From: an uncultured Candidatus Rokubacteria bacterium | GTDB taxonomy: Bacteria; Methylomirabilota; Methylomirabilia; Rokubacteriales; DASRDR01 | Direction of reading: 5' to 3' | Assembly (NCBI GenBank): GCA_963805625.1 | Contig: CAWDVE010000010.1 | Span: forward strand, 1,344,001-1,408,000 | Length of the DNA: 64,000 nucleotides | Shown: positions 1-9,722 of the stretch, one piece after another | Layout: each line of letters starts with the position of its first letter | Position numbering within the stretch: the stretch's first letter is position 1 | Notes under the pieces: generated by a model | What the model was told of the DNA's origin: nothing | Seen by the model: only the letters and a program-made list of their open reading frames with translations | Database searches by the model: none | Program-made: the position numbers and the translations under genes

Positions 1-232
1 CCCGGTGTTCGGCGCGCTCCTCGCCGTGTTCGCGCACCGCGAACAGGGCGCGGCGGCGGCCGTTCAGCTCCTTCGCGGGATGGTGCTGGGCTCGTTCGGC
101 TTTGCCACCTTCTTGCTCATGGTGGCGGGACTGCTCGATCGCATGGCCGTCGGGCCAACGTACGTGCTGGCGTCGGCGGGTGCCCTCGGCGTTCACGGGT
201 TGACTCTCAGCGTGGTCCGGCGCGTGATCTGA
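1..232 (+). CDS. C-terminal part of a membrane protein (runs off the left edge)
   Basis: Hydrophobic helical ORF open from the window edge; typical codon usage. Confidence 0.6.
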   Translation, partial: PVFGALLAVFAHREQGAAAAVQLLRGMVLGSFGFATFLLMVAGLLDRMAVGPTYVLASAGALGVHGLTLSVVRRVI

Positions 233-257
233 CCGGTTCCGGCGGGGAGGCGTTACC

Positions 258-737
258 GTGGCCGTTCCGGCTTCGTTGCTCGCGCGCTTGGAGACTCAGC
301 TCGAGGCGCTCGGTCTGATCCTCGCCCGGGCCACGCCGGCCGTCCTCGACGCGCGGCCACGGCCGGAGGAGTGGTCGGCGCGGGAGAATCTCGCCCACCT
401 GGCCCGCCACCACGCGGTCTTTCTGGATCGGCTGCGGCGCCTGCTGACGGAGGACCGCCCGGCCCTGGACCGCTATCGCGCCGAGGACGACCGCGAGTGG
501 GCTGCCTGGGCGACGCTCCCGCAGGACGAGATACTCCACCGGCTCCGAGCCCTCCGCGCGGAGCTCGTCGCCGTCGTGCGGTCGCTGTCGCCGGCCGAGA
601 GCACGCGCACGGCCCTGCACCCGACGTTCGGCGAGATGGACGTGGCCGGATGGCTCGGTTTTTTCCTGCTTCACGAGGCCCACCACCTCTACACGGCCCT
701 CGTGCGCGTGGGCGAGGCGAGCCGGCGCCCGCACTAG
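258..737 (+). CDS. DinB family protein
   Basis: WSARENLAHL and HEAHH motifs, ~160 aa helical fold; GGAGG upstream. Confidence 0.85.
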   Translation: MAVPASLLARLETQLEALGLILARATPAVLDARPRPEEWSARENLAHLARHHAVFLDRLRRLLTEDRPALDRYRAEDDREWAAWATLPQDEILHRLRALRAELVAVVRSLSPAESTRTALHPTFGEMDVAGWLGFFLLHEAHHLYTALVRVGEASRRPH

Positions 738-764
738 GCCATGCCGCCTCCGGGACCTCCCGGC

Positions 765-1316
765 TCAGGGGGTCGTGTGACCGCTGTGGCCGGCGCGCCC
801 TGGAGCCGAGGCTGCCGGAGGCCGGAGCTGCCTCAGGTAGGCGACCAGGTCGATCGTCTCCTGGACCGTGAGCAGGCTGTTGTACGACGGCATCTTCGAG
901 GACCCGTCGGCCGCGGTGTAGCCACGGTTCTGCTCGACGACCGCGCTGGGGTTGATGACCGACTCGGCGAAGAACTCCGGCGAATGGAATGGTCCCATCG
1001 TCGAGAGCTCGGGGCCCGCCAGCTCGAGATCGTTCGGCGCTGGGAAACGCTCGCCCCGCACCTCGTGGCAGCTGTAGCACTCGAGCTTCTCGAACACCTC
1101 GCGGCCCTTCGCCGGGTCGCCCTTCGGCAACGTGAAGCGCCAGCCCTCCGGCGTCCCATGCACGTGGGGCGGCGCGGGTGCCCCGCGCGCCGGCGGAGGT
1201 CCCGGCGCCGGGGCCGCCGTCTGACCGGCGGCCCGGCCGATGAGCTCCCCGCCCGCCGGGCCCAGGATGACGGCGCCAAGCGCGAGCGTGAGCGTCAGCC
1301 GTCGCGCGATCGCCAT
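765..1316 (-). CDS. Exported mono-heme c-type cytochrome
   Basis: Signal peptide, CYSCH heme motif, distal KMP Met ligand; TAGAAT 7 nt upstream of ATG 1316. Confidence 0.85.
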   Translation of the reverse strand: MAIARRLTLTLALGAVILGPAGGELIGRAAGQTAAPAPGPPPARGAPAPPHVHGTPEGWRFTLPKGDPAKGREVFEKLECYSCHEVRGERFPAPNDLELAGPELSTMGPFHSPEFFAESVINPSAVVEQNRGYTAADGSSKMPSYNSLLTVQETIDLVAYLRQLRPPAASAPGRAGHSGHTTP

Positions 1317-1355
1317 GCACCCGATTCTATACAATGCGGCGCCGCGGGCTCGGTC

Positions 1356-2153
1356 TCAGAACCAGCCGGGATCCTGCGGGAGCAGGATGCGCTCGCCGCC
1401 ACTCCCGTCCCGGATGATGCGCGGCCGGACGGGCCGGACCTCCCGTCCATGGGCAGCCGCCATGAGGGCATCGACGTCACGATGATTGGAGAGGGACGCG
1501 AGGATCCCCTGTGTCGGGAGCGGCAGCACCAGCTCGCGCGCCCGGTGCCTCGCCAGCGCATCCTCCGGACGGATCCAGCGTGCGGCCACCATCTCGAGGC
1601 CGTCGGGCTCCGCGGCCTGCTCCGGCCAGGTCGCCGCGACGAAGAAGCGCGTGTCGTACCGAATGGGCCGTTCCTCCGGCGTGATCCAGTGCGCCCAGTA
1701 GACCACCCGATCGGTCGCGAGGACGAGGTCCAGCTCGGTCAGGAACCGCCCGAAGACGGCACTGTCCTCGCGACAGCGGGCGCGGACGCCACCGCCGAGC
1801 GACGCGGCATTCACCGGGTGCGCGTCCGGGCCGCAGGCGAGGAGGATCCCCGCCTCCTCGAACGCTTCGCGCAACGCGGCCACCCAGAAGCCGATGGCCC
1901 GCTCCGCAGGCGCGACGTCCGGGAGCTGCCGCGCGGCCTCGACGCGTCCGAGGGCCCGGCACCGCGCCTCGATGCCGAGCCCCGCGTCGGGTGGCTCGAC
2001 GCGCCCGCCGGGAAACGCGAAGGCGCCGGGCGCGAACCGGCTGTTGGGATGCCGCTGGAGGAGCAGCACCTCGAAGCCGCCGGGAACATCGCGCGCGAGG
2101 ATCAGGGAGGCGGCCTCACGAGCCGCCGGGGGAGAAGCGGACGCCTCCTGCAC
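1356..2153 (-). CDS. NUDIX hydrolase (Nudt19-like)
   Basis: FPGG...ALREAFEEAG Nudix box and WAHWITP..RYDTRFF; start set at GTG 2153. Confidence 0.85.
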   Translation of the reverse strand: MQEASASPPAAREAASLILARDVPGGFEVLLLQRHPNSRFAPGAFAFPGGRVEPPDAGLGIEARCRALGRVEAARQLPDVAPAERAIGFWVAALREAFEEAGILLACGPDAHPVNAASLGGGVRARCREDSAVFGRFLTELDLVLATDRVVYWAHWITPEERPIRYDTRFFVAATWPEQAAEPDGLEMVAARWIRPEDALARHRARELVLPLPTQGILASLSNHRDVDALMAAAHGREVRPVRPRIIRDGSGGERILLPQDPGWF

Positions 2154-2241
2154 GGCGCCGGTCGTATCACGCCGGTCCGGTGCCGTCAACGGTGTGGATC
2201 TGCCCGAGGCCCGTCCGGAACGCGACGCGTACAATGGCGAG

Positions 2242-3384
2242 GTGCGCGGGCTCCTGGTCCTCGTCGCTGCCGTGGTCCTCGTCGATACGGTGTTTTTCGC
2301 CGTCCTCTCCCCGCTCCTGCCCGCCTACGCGGCAGCGCTCGGTTTGTCAAAGGGCGCCGTGGGTGTCCTGGCGGGCGCGTTCGCGGCCGGCGTCCTGGTG
2401 GCGGCGCTCCCGAGCGGCTTGCTGGCCTCCCGGCTCGGCCTCCGGCCGACCCTTCTCCTCGGCCTCGGCCTGACGGCGGTCGCGAGTGTTCTCTTCGGCC
2501 TCGCGGACGAGTGGATCCTCCTCGTTCTGACGCGCTTCACGGCCGGCATCGGCAGCGCGTGCTCGTGGACTGCGGCCGTCGGCTGGCTCGCGCGCACGGC
2601 GCCGCCCGAGCGGCGCGGTGAGACGATCGGCTTCGCGGTCTCCGCGGCCGTGGCTGGCGCATTCCTGGGCCCCGCGCTGGGCGCCGCCGCAGCGTGGTAC
2701 GGCACGGGCCCGGCCTTCGGGACCGTTGCCGCGGCATGCGCCGGGCTGGCAGTTCGCGTCGTGACCTTGCCGGAGCCAGGAATGGATTCCCGGAGCGTGA
2801 CGATGGTCGCCGCCTTCGGCGTCCGATCGCTCCGGGTGCCCCTCGGCCTGATCCTGCTGGCGCCCCTCCTCTTCGCGATCCTCGGCGTCCTGGTGCCCCT
2901 GTCGCTCGGGGCGTGGGGGTGGGGCGCTGGGCGGCTGGGCGCGCTTTACGCGGCAGCGGCCGCGCTGGAGGCCGTCGTGCACCCACTGCTCGGACGCTGG
3001 GCGGATCGCAAGGGAGCGCTCGCCCCGATCTCGGCCGGGCTGGTCGGGTCGATCGTGGTGCTCGCGGCGCTGGCCGTGACGGGATCCCCGTGGCTGGTGG
3101 CCGGCCTCGCCATGGCGGCGGCGATCACGTTCGGCGCCACGTTCGTCCCCGGAATGGCGCTCCTCACACGAGCCGCCGACGCGGCGGGCCTCGACGGCGT
3201 CCTGGCGATCGCGCTCGCCAACTTCGCCTGGGCTCTCGGGCACGCCGTCGGGTCACCGCTCTGTGGGTGGCTGGCAGACCGAGCCGGCGACACCATCACC
3301 TATCTGGCCTTCACGGCAATGTGTCTCGGAGTTCTGGCCGTGCTCCGGAGTCCCGGCCTCGCCCCCGCCACCCGTCCCTCGTGA
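2242..3384 (+). CDS. MFS transporter
   Basis: About 12 TM segments, motif A-like SGLLASRLGLR and GRWADRKG; TACAAT 6 nt before GTG 2242. Confidence 0.85.
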   Translation: MRGLLVLVAAVVLVDTVFFAVLSPLLPAYAAALGLSKGAVGVLAGAFAAGVLVAALPSGLLASRLGLRPTLLLGLGLTAVASVLFGLADEWILLVLTRFTAGIGSACSWTAAVGWLARTAPPERRGETIGFAVSAAVAGAFLGPALGAAAAWYGTGPAFGTVAAACAGLAVRVVTLPEPGMDSRSVTMVAAFGVRSLRVPLGLILLAPLLFAILGVLVPLSLGAWGWGAGRLGALYAAAAALEAVVHPLLGRWADRKGALAPISAGLVGSIVVLAALAVTGSPWLVAGLAMAAAITFGATFVPGMALLTRAADAAGLDGVLAIALANFAWALGHAVGSPLCGWLADRAGDTITYLAFTAMCLGVLAVLRSPGLAPATRPS

Positions 3385-3403
3385 CCTGCAGGCGCGCGAC
3401 CGC

Positions 3404-3433
3404 TTGACACCCACGGATGGCCCTTCCTAGGAT
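3404..3433 (+). promoter_or_regulatory. Sigma70-type promoter for the RidA gene
   Basis: TTGACA-N18-TAGGAT. Confidence 0.6.
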
Positions 3434-3488
3434 GGCCGCACCAGCAGGTCCCGGACTCACGAACCCTGCCAGCCAGCGAGGAATCACG

Positions 3489-4037
3489 ATGGGAGCGGAA
3501 GCGCGTCTCAAGGCCTTGGGTATCGAGCTCCCGATCCCGCCGCGGTCGCTGGGGACCTACGTGACGGCCGCCCAGTCGAGCAACCTCCTCTTCCTTTCCG
3601 GCCACGGGCCGGTGAAGGACGGCCGCGTCGTTCATCAGGGCAAGGTCGGCCGCGACCTCACGATCGAGCAGGGCCAGGAGGCGGCGCGCCTGACGGGTCT
3701 TAACCTCCTCGCCACCGCGCGAGACGCCCTCGGCAGCCTCGACCGCGTGCGGCGGGTCGTCAAGGTGCTCGGCATGGTGCAGTGCGCCGACGACTTCACC
3801 GAGCATCCGAAGGTGATCAACGGGTTCTCCGATCTGATGGTCGAGGTCTTCGGCGACGCAGGCCGGCACGCGCGCTCCGCCGTCGGCATGGGCTCCCTCC
3901 CCTTCGGGATCGCCGTCGAGGTCGAGATGATCCTCGAGGTGTCGGGCCCGGTGAGGCGCCCACGGAGTGCCCGCAGCCGAGTCTCGACCGTCAGAGCCCG
4001 GAGCCCGCGGCACCATTCAGCGCGGCGACGCGGCTAG
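3489..4037 (+). CDS. RidA/YjgF family protein (Atu1372-like) with basic C-terminal tail
   Basis: LFLSGHGP, VINGFSDL, HARSAVG, VEVE motifs; GAGG before ATG 3489. Confidence 0.9.
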   Translation: MGAEARLKALGIELPIPPRSLGTYVTAAQSSNLLFLSGHGPVKDGRVVHQGKVGRDLTIEQGQEAARLTGLNLLATARDALGSLDRVRRVVKVLGMVQCADDFTEHPKVINGFSDLMVEVFGDAGRHARSAVGMGSLPFGIAVEVEMILEVSGPVRRPRSARSRVSTVRARSPRHHSARRRG

Positions 4038-4097
4038 GCCAAGGCTAGGCCCACGCCAGCCGTCCGTCCTCGACGCGGCCGCGAGCGGCGCGATCCG

Positions 4098-4628
4098 CTA
4101 GCCGGGATCGCGCCGACACTGCCGACCGACCAGTACGTGCCCGCGGTGAGCTCGGGCGTGCGGCTCTTTGTCGCCGGACACGACCCCGAGCGGGACGGCC
4201 GGCTCGCCTACCAGGGTCGCGTGGGCCAAGCGGTGCCGGTCGGTCACGCCGGGGCGGCCCTGCGCCTTGCCACCGCCAATGCCTTGGCCTCGGCGCGCGC
4301 CGCCCTCGGCTCGCTGGGTCGCATGCGCTGTGTCGTCTTGACCGCCTTCGTCTCGACTCCGGCGCCAGAGGGTCTCGCCCCGGAGCACCTGGAGGATAGC
4401 CTCGCGCTGCTGGCAGCCACGCTAGCCCCGGGGGACCCCCCAGCCGTGTGGCTCCGGCCAGCCCAGAGTCTGGCGGGAGGCATGCCCGTGGAGGTCGAGC
4501 TCATCCTCGAGCCGCGCCGACGAGGGGCGCGCCAGCGCCCTGCCCTCAGCCACCGGCCTCGGCGTCCGAGGAAAGGAGGACCGGGAGGCGCTCGAGCGCC
4601 TCGGCAATCCGGGGGCCGTACCAGCTGA
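4098..4628 (+). CDS. Degenerate second RidA-like domain, same frame as the upstream RidA gene; start uncertain
   Basis: LAGIAPTLPTDQYVPAV..LFVAGHDP..YQGRVG..VEVELILE parallels the upstream protein; lacks the HAR arginine. Confidence 0.6.
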   Translation, partial: LAGIAPTLPTDQYVPAVSSGVRLFVAGHDPERDGRLAYQGRVGQAVPVGHAGAALRLATANALASARAALGSLGRMRCVVLTAFVSTPAPEGLAPEHLEDSLALLAATLAPGDPPAVWLRPAQSLAGGMPVEVELILEPRRRGARQRPALSHRPRRPRKGGPGGARAPRQSGGRTS

Positions 4629-5334
4629 GGAGCTTGCCGTCCACGAGGTGGACCCGGCCCCTCCGGACGGCCGGCACGTCGGCGAACGGCGCGAAATCCG
4701 CCCGATGGGCCGCCCGGAACCGGTACGGCTCGTCCGGCAGCAGGATGACGTCGGGCATCGCGGCTCGCACGTCCTCGAGAGTGACCGTCGGGTAGCGAGC
4801 TGGGCTGGCGGCGAAGACGTTGTCGCCCCCGCAGGTCCAGAGCATGTCGTGGACGTAGGTGTCCCTGTTGATCGTCATGTACGGCCCCCGCCAGATCGGG
4901 CAGAAGACCCGGACGCGTGGCCGTGCCTCGATACGAGCTTGGATCCGCGCGTGGGCGGCTTCGATGGGACCCGCGAGCGACGCCGCGGCAGCTTCCGAGT
5001 CGGTCAGCGCCCCGAGCTCCCGGATGAGCTCGATTCCCGCCGCGACGGTCCGGGGGAACGTGACCCACACCGGAACGCCTTCCGCCCGGAGCGCCTCGAC
5101 CACGTCGCGGCGGTTCTCCTCCATGTTGGCGACGACCAGATCCGGAGCGAGGGCGCGGATGCGGGCGAGGTCGGGATCCTTCTCACGGCCGACCTTCGGC
5201 GTCCGGGCCACGCGGTCTCGGGGCTCGCTGCAGAAGATCGTGACGCCCACGATCCGGTCGTCCAGCCCGAGTGCGAAGAGGATCTCGGTGACGCTCGGGA
5301 TGAGCGACACGATGCGCGAGGGGCGCGCGGGCAC
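4546..5334 (-). CDS. Helical-backbone metal/cobalamin-binding protein (BtuF-like)
   Basis: RIVSLIPSVTE, PDLVVANMEEN, GPR motifs; frame stays open to a CTG at 5388 (DASGTLV), so the start may be further upstream. Confidence 0.85.
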   Translation of the reverse strand: MPARPSRIVSLIPSVTEILFALGLDDRIVGVTIFCSEPRDRVARTPKVGREKDPDLARIRALAPDLVVANMEENRRDVVEALRAEGVPVWVTFPRTVAAGIELIRELGALTDSEAAAASLAGPIEAAHARIQARIEARPRVRVFCPIWRGPYMTINRDTYVHDMLWTCGGDNVFAASPARYPTVTLEDVRAAMPDVILLPDEPYRFRAAHRADFAPFADVPAVRRGRVHLVDGKLLSWYGPRIAEALERLPVLLSSDAEAGG

Positions 5335-5456
5335 GGCGACGAGCGTCCCGCTGGCATCCTGCCTCGGCGTCGCGTCGCGCGGGGTCAGGCCGGGACGTCC
5401 CTACGTCTCGGAAAACGTCGCCGCAGGACGCGCAGGGGCGTCAGCCCTGACCCCGG

Positions 5457-5867
5457 TCAAGGCTCGACGCTCGGGGCGGGCCGGGAGATGATGCGGCGAC
5501 CGATGAGCTCGAGGGCGAGGATCACGAACATCGCCACGATGATGGCAATCGCGACTCCCGCCGCAACGGGATCGCCGCCGGCGCGGAGCTCGTCCGCTCG
5601 CTCGGCCAGCTCCGCCCGCTCGGCCGTGGTGAGGCGCTCCCAGAGCTCCGTGGCCTCCGCCTCCGACACGCCGAGTGTCGCGAGCTGCGCCTGGACGAGG
5701 CGGCGTTCGAGGAGCGTCCGGGCCGGTCCGAGGTCGCCGGCGGCGGCGGCGCGCTCGGGCGGGAGCGGCGCGGCGTCGCCAAGACGCGGGACCGAGGCCA
5801 TCGCGACACTCCAGGCGAGGACCAGCCAGACCAGCCAGCGCGGGCGGAGCATCCGGCCGTGGGCCAT
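5457..5867 (-). CDS. PA2779-like small exported/membrane protein
   Basis: Signal peptide, VQAQLATLGV..RLT..E...LA....RAGGD, then C-terminal TM helix. Confidence 0.7.
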   Translation of the reverse strand: MAHGRMLRPRWLVWLVLAWSVAMASVPRLGDAAPLPPERAAAAGDLGPARTLLERRLVQAQLATLGVSEAEATELWERLTTAERAELAERADELRAGGDPVAAGVAIAIIVAMFVILALELIGRRIISRPAPSVEP

Positions 5868-5879
5868 GGATCTCCAGGG

Positions 5880-6140
5880 TCAGGCGACGCCGCGCGCCCG
5901 AAGGGCGGTGACGAGCGCCTCCCGAGCTCGGGCTTGGTAGCCCTGGATCAGGTGCCCGAGCTCGGCCCAGCGGGTCTCGACCTCGCGGGCAGCCCGGTCG
6001 TAGGCCTCGAGCGAGTGCGGGAGCACGGCGCCTGGACTCGATCCTCGAAGGGCGGCCTCGAGCTCTCCGAGCGCGTCCTCGCAGTCCGTCACCGCCGTGC
6101 CGAGGCCTCTCAGGAGCCGACGCGTCGAGTCCTCGGCCAT
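5880..6140 (-). CDS. Hypothetical helical protein
   Basis: 86 aa, GGAGG RBS, coupled to the upstream ORF. Confidence 0.65.
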   Translation of the reverse strand: MAEDSTRRLLRGLGTAVTDCEDALGELEAALRGSSPGAVLPHSLEAYDRAAREVETRWAELGHLIQGYQARAREALVTALRARGVA

Positions 6141-6141
6141 G

Positions 6142-6519
6142 TCAGTCCTCCACCAGCTCGGGGACCGCCTGCCAGTGCGCCGGGCCCTCGGGCTTGAAGT
6201 TCTTCGTGTTCACGAAATGCATGCCGTGGTGGATGTTCAGCTTGAACTTCCCGCCGCCAAACCGCTCCCGGATGAATGCCTCCGGCGCCTCCAGGAACGG
6301 CCGCATCTCGTCTCCGCGGAGACGGAGGAGTCTCTTGAAGCGGACCGTTCCCTGCCACGGCTCCTGGACGAGGATCGTGCACGAGAGATCGGGCCACAGG
6401 CGCGCCACCTCGGCCAGCGTCTCCCGTGGGGTGGGGTTCGTCGCGCCGTGGCCCTCGAGCGACCGGTCGACGTAGTCCTCGATCAAGACCCACGCCCAGG
6501 CCGGAATCAGATCGCTCAC
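6142..6519 (-). CDS. Hypothetical protein
   Basis: 125 aa, normal codon bias, TATAAT 8 nt before GTG. Confidence 0.7.
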   Translation of the reverse strand: MSDLIPAWAWVLIEDYVDRSLEGHGATNPTPRETLAEVARLWPDLSCTILVQEPWQGTVRFKRLLRLRGDEMRPFLEAPEAFIRERFGGGKFKLNIHHGMHFVNTKNFKPEGPAHWQAVPELVED

Positions 6520-6685
6520 AGACCGGTATTATAGGGCGGCGCAGCCCAGGGGCCAGCCGCAGACCCCCAGCGCCCGGATCCGGAGCCCGCCGATTCCCTT
6601 GCGCCCGGTCGCATGAGGGGGCTAGAGTGTCGGCCAGGCCTGGTCGCGGGTCGGGCGTGCAGCGCCGAGAGGCGAAGGGGGGGAA

Positions 6686-7288
6686 GTGGCGCAGCTCGGA
6701 GATCTCGATCGCGAGAGCGAGCAGCTCCTGTTCCACGTCGTGCGCGCCGTGGCCGACGCAACGCATGCTGGTGACCCTTACATGACGGGTCACTCGTCCC
6801 GCGTGGCGGCGTACTGCGAGAGGGTCGCCGATTCCCTGAGGCTCCCTCCCCGCGAGCGCCTCATGCTCTTCATCTCGGCGGCCTTCCACGATGTCGGGTA
6901 CCTCTCGACGCCCGAGTACATCCTCCGCAAGCCCTCGGTGCTTGCCGAGGACGAGATGGAGGAGGTGCGGGTTCACCCCGTGCGCGGGGCCGATGTCTTC
7001 GGGGCCCAGCCGGCCCTGGCCGAGATCGCCCGGGCCGTCCGCCATCACCACGAGCGGTTCGATGGGAGCGGCTATCCCGAGGGTCTCCGAGGCGACGAGA
7101 TCCCGCTGTTCTCGAGGATCATCCTGGTCGCGGAGACCTACGAGGCGATGACGCACCATCGTCCGTACCGGAGGGCCCTCTCCGCCGAGGAGGCCACGCG
7201 GCGCCTCCAGGAGAGCGCGGGCTCCCAGCTCGACCCTGAGATCGTCAAGCACTTCCTCGCGATTCTCGGAGCCGAGCCAAGTGCCTAG
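6686..7288 (+). CDS. Stand-alone HD-GYP domain protein
   Basis: GHSSRV, HDVG, HHHERFDGSGYP, RPYR motifs. Confidence 0.9.
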   Translation: MAQLGDLDRESEQLLFHVVRAVADATHAGDPYMTGHSSRVAAYCERVADSLRLPPRERLMLFISAAFHDVGYLSTPEYILRKPSVLAEDEMEEVRVHPVRGADVFGAQPALAEIARAVRHHHERFDGSGYPEGLRGDEIPLFSRIILVAETYEAMTHHRPYRRALSAEEATRRLQESAGSQLDPEIVKHFLAILGAEPSA

Positions 7289-7289
7289 G

Positions 7290-8498
7290 CTACTGCTTCT
7301 TCGGCTGCTGTCGCTGCTGTAGGCTCTTCAGCAGGCGCTCGGCCTGTTCGATGTTCTTCTTCGCGTTGGCGTGCTCGGGCTCGTACTCGAGCACCGCCTT
7401 CCACTGCGTGATGGCGTCCTCCAGCTTCTCCTCGCGGTAGAGCTGGAGCCCCTGCGCATAGTGCTGCTGGGCCGCGCGCTCCCGCGCCTGCTTCAGCAGC
7501 GCCGGAGAATCCTGGTAGGTGGGTGCGAGCCGCGCCAGCTGGATGAGTGTCCGGACGGATTCCTCGTACTTCCGCTGGCCGAGCTGGCTCTTCCCGAGCC
7601 CGTACAGGACGGCCTTCTTCAACTCGGTGGCGTCGGGGTTCTGGGCGTTGCCGGCAAGGACACGGTCCACGTCGGCCAGCGCCACCTGGTACTCCCCTTT
7701 CTCGAGCGACTCCCGCGCCCCCACAAGGAGCGGGTTGATCTCGACCACCTCGGCCGACCGGCCCGCGTCGGGCGTGGGTGTGTCGGGCCGGGCCATCGGC
7801 TCCGGCGGCTTCGGGCGAAGCTCCGGCAGGACGAAAGGCACGCCAGGAATCTCCGGAATCTTGAGGACCATGCCCGCACTGAGCCTGGGGTTAGGCGGCA
7901 GCTGGTTCGTCTCCCAGATCACCTCCGACCGGGCGCGGTCGCCGTAGTAACGCTCGGCGATCGTCGCCAGCGTCTCGCCGGCCTTGACCGTGTGCGGCAC
8001 GAAGCGGATCTCCTTGACGTCGTTCTGGAGCGCCGAGAACGCGGCTTGGTTGGTGGGATCCATCGCGAGCACGGCCAGGAAATGTCGTCTCGCTTCCAGA
8101 TGGTCGCCCTTCCCCAGGGCCTCGCGCCCCTGGCCGAGCCGCTCTGCGACCGACCGCTCCATGCGCGCCTCGAGCTGCCGTCGCCCCTCCTGGGCGGCCT
8201 GGTCGCCGGGATCGATCGTCAGCGCGATCTTCCACTCGTCCAGGGCCTGCCGGAGGTCCCCGCTACGCTCCAGCCGGCGCGCCCGCTCCTTGTGTCCCGC
8301 CGCGAGCTGCTGACGCGGCGACGGAATCGCGGGAACCGGTGCGACCACCGGTGGAGCCGGGGCTGCGGACGGGGGTGCGGCCGGAGGCGGCGCGGCAGTG
8401 GTCGGCGCGGCCGGCGGAGGCGTGGCCGCCGCGCAGGCGCCCAGCAGGAGTGCGAGAGTCGCGACGAGGAACGATCGACCGCGACGACCGAGGATCAC
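7290..8498 (-). CDS. LysM + TPR lipoprotein
   Basis: Lipobox LGAC, Pro-rich linker, HTVKAGETLATIA LysM domain, TPR repeats. Confidence 0.85.
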   Translation of the reverse strand: MILGRRGRSFLVATLALLLGACAAATPPPAAPTTAAPPPAAPPSAAPAPPVVAPVPAIPSPRQQLAAGHKERARRLERSGDLRQALDEWKIALTIDPGDQAAQEGRRQLEARMERSVAERLGQGREALGKGDHLEARRHFLAVLAMDPTNQAAFSALQNDVKEIRFVPHTVKAGETLATIAERYYGDRARSEVIWETNQLPPNPRLSAGMVLKIPEIPGVPFVLPELRPKPPEPMARPDTPTPDAGRSAEVVEINPLLVGARESLEKGEYQVALADVDRVLAGNAQNPDATELKKAVLYGLGKSQLGQRKYEESVRTLIQLARLAPTYQDSPALLKQARERAAQQHYAQGLQLYREEKLEDAITQWKAVLEYEPEHANAKKNIEQAERLLKSLQQRQQPKKQ

Positions 8499-9601
8499 CG
8501 GATCGCCTCCTCGCTGAACACGGTCAGGTTGCGGACGAAGTCGTCGAGACTCATCTCGGAATAGATCTGGGCTCGGTGGATCGTGAGCGTCGGCGTGAAC
8601 GAGGCGTTCCCCTGGCGCCGTACGTCCAGGGCGGCTATGTACCCCGCCTCGCGGACCCGTTTGACGACGGCCTCGTCGTGGGAGCCGTAGGGGTACGCGA
8701 GGATCTTCGGCGACACGCCCACGCGCTGCTGGAAGATCGCGAGGGGCTGGACGAGCTCGGCCTGCATGCGCCGGTTGTAGTCCTCGTCGGACTCCGTCGG
8801 CTTGCGGCGCATGTCATCGTGCGTCCTGGAGTGAGCCTGGATGTCGTAGCCCTCCTGGGCGAGCTCCTTTACCTCCGGCCACGAGAGGGCGACGCGGGCC
8901 CCGATGAAGTCCGTGTAGATGAACAGTGTGGCCGGATACCCGAGCTCCTTGAGAATGGGGTATGCGTACTCCTTGAAGGACTTCCAGCCGTCGTCGAACG
9001 TGAGCACGACCGTCTTGCGTGGCAACTGTTGCCGGAGCGACGCGAACTCGAGGAACTGCTTGAGCGTGATGACGTGGTAACCCTCGCGCTTGAGGTACCG
9101 CATCTGCTCCTCGAACGCGCTCGCGGACATGAGGAGCCGACCACGCGTCTGCGGACCCAGGTTGTGATAACAGAGGATCGGCACGAGCTGATACCCGCGC
9201 GACTCCACACCCGCGGGATTCCACGGTCGCTTCGGGATCACGACCTCGCGACCTTGCGTGAAGGTCGCCGTCCCGTTGTAGTCCTCGACCAGCCACGCCT
9301 TCGTCGGGTCGCCGAGATATCGCTGCGCGAGACTCTCCGCCGTGTCGCCAGCCTTCGCGAGCACGACGACGAAGTCGTCGGATTCGAAGGCCTCGGGGAG
9401 AGGCTCGACGGGGGGGGCGGGCATCGGACGACCAGGTGCCGTCGATGGCGCAGGCCTGGTGGCGGCGGCCGGACTCGCGGGCGCGGCCTGGGGCTGCGGG
9501 GAGGGAGCCCCGGTGGACGCGGGAGGTGCCGCCGCGCAGGCGTTCAGCACGCCCACCGCCATACCGAGTACGAGCACCCGTTTCAACCCGACGCCTATCA
9601 T
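8495..9601 (-). CDS. Polysaccharide deacetylase (CE4/NodB) lipoprotein with LysM-like domain
   Basis: Lipobox LNAC, GDTAESLA..YLG, TFDDG, HSRTH, YPYG. Confidence 0.9.
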   Translation of the reverse strand: MIGVGLKRVLVLGMAVGVLNACAAAPPASTGAPSPQPQAAPASPAAATRPAPSTAPGRPMPAPPVEPLPEAFESDDFVVVLAKAGDTAESLAQRYLGDPTKAWLVEDYNGTATFTQGREVVIPKRPWNPAGVESRGYQLVPILCYHNLGPQTRGRLLMSASAFEEQMRYLKREGYHVITLKQFLEFASLRQQLPRKTVVLTFDDGWKSFKEYAYPILKELGYPATLFIYTDFIGARVALSWPEVKELAQEGYDIQAHSRTHDDMRRKPTESDEDYNRRMQAELVQPLAIFQQRVGVSPKILAYPYGSHDEAVVKRVREAGYIAALDVRRQGNASFTPTLTIHRAQIYSEMSLDDFVRNLTVFSEEAIR

Positions 9602-9722
9602 CGACCTCTCCTTGATCTCATCGATCCGGCGAGACGCCCGGGTTCGCGGCCGATCGGACGGCCTTCGGCTTCCATCGAACGGCCTTCGGCCTGAGCGGAC
9701 ATGTCGTGCCCTTCTGGTGACA

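Noticed and set aside
4035-4037. Pyrrolysine recoding of the RidA TAG
   Set aside because: No pyl genes in the window, and the codon lies in a low-complexity linker rather than an active site
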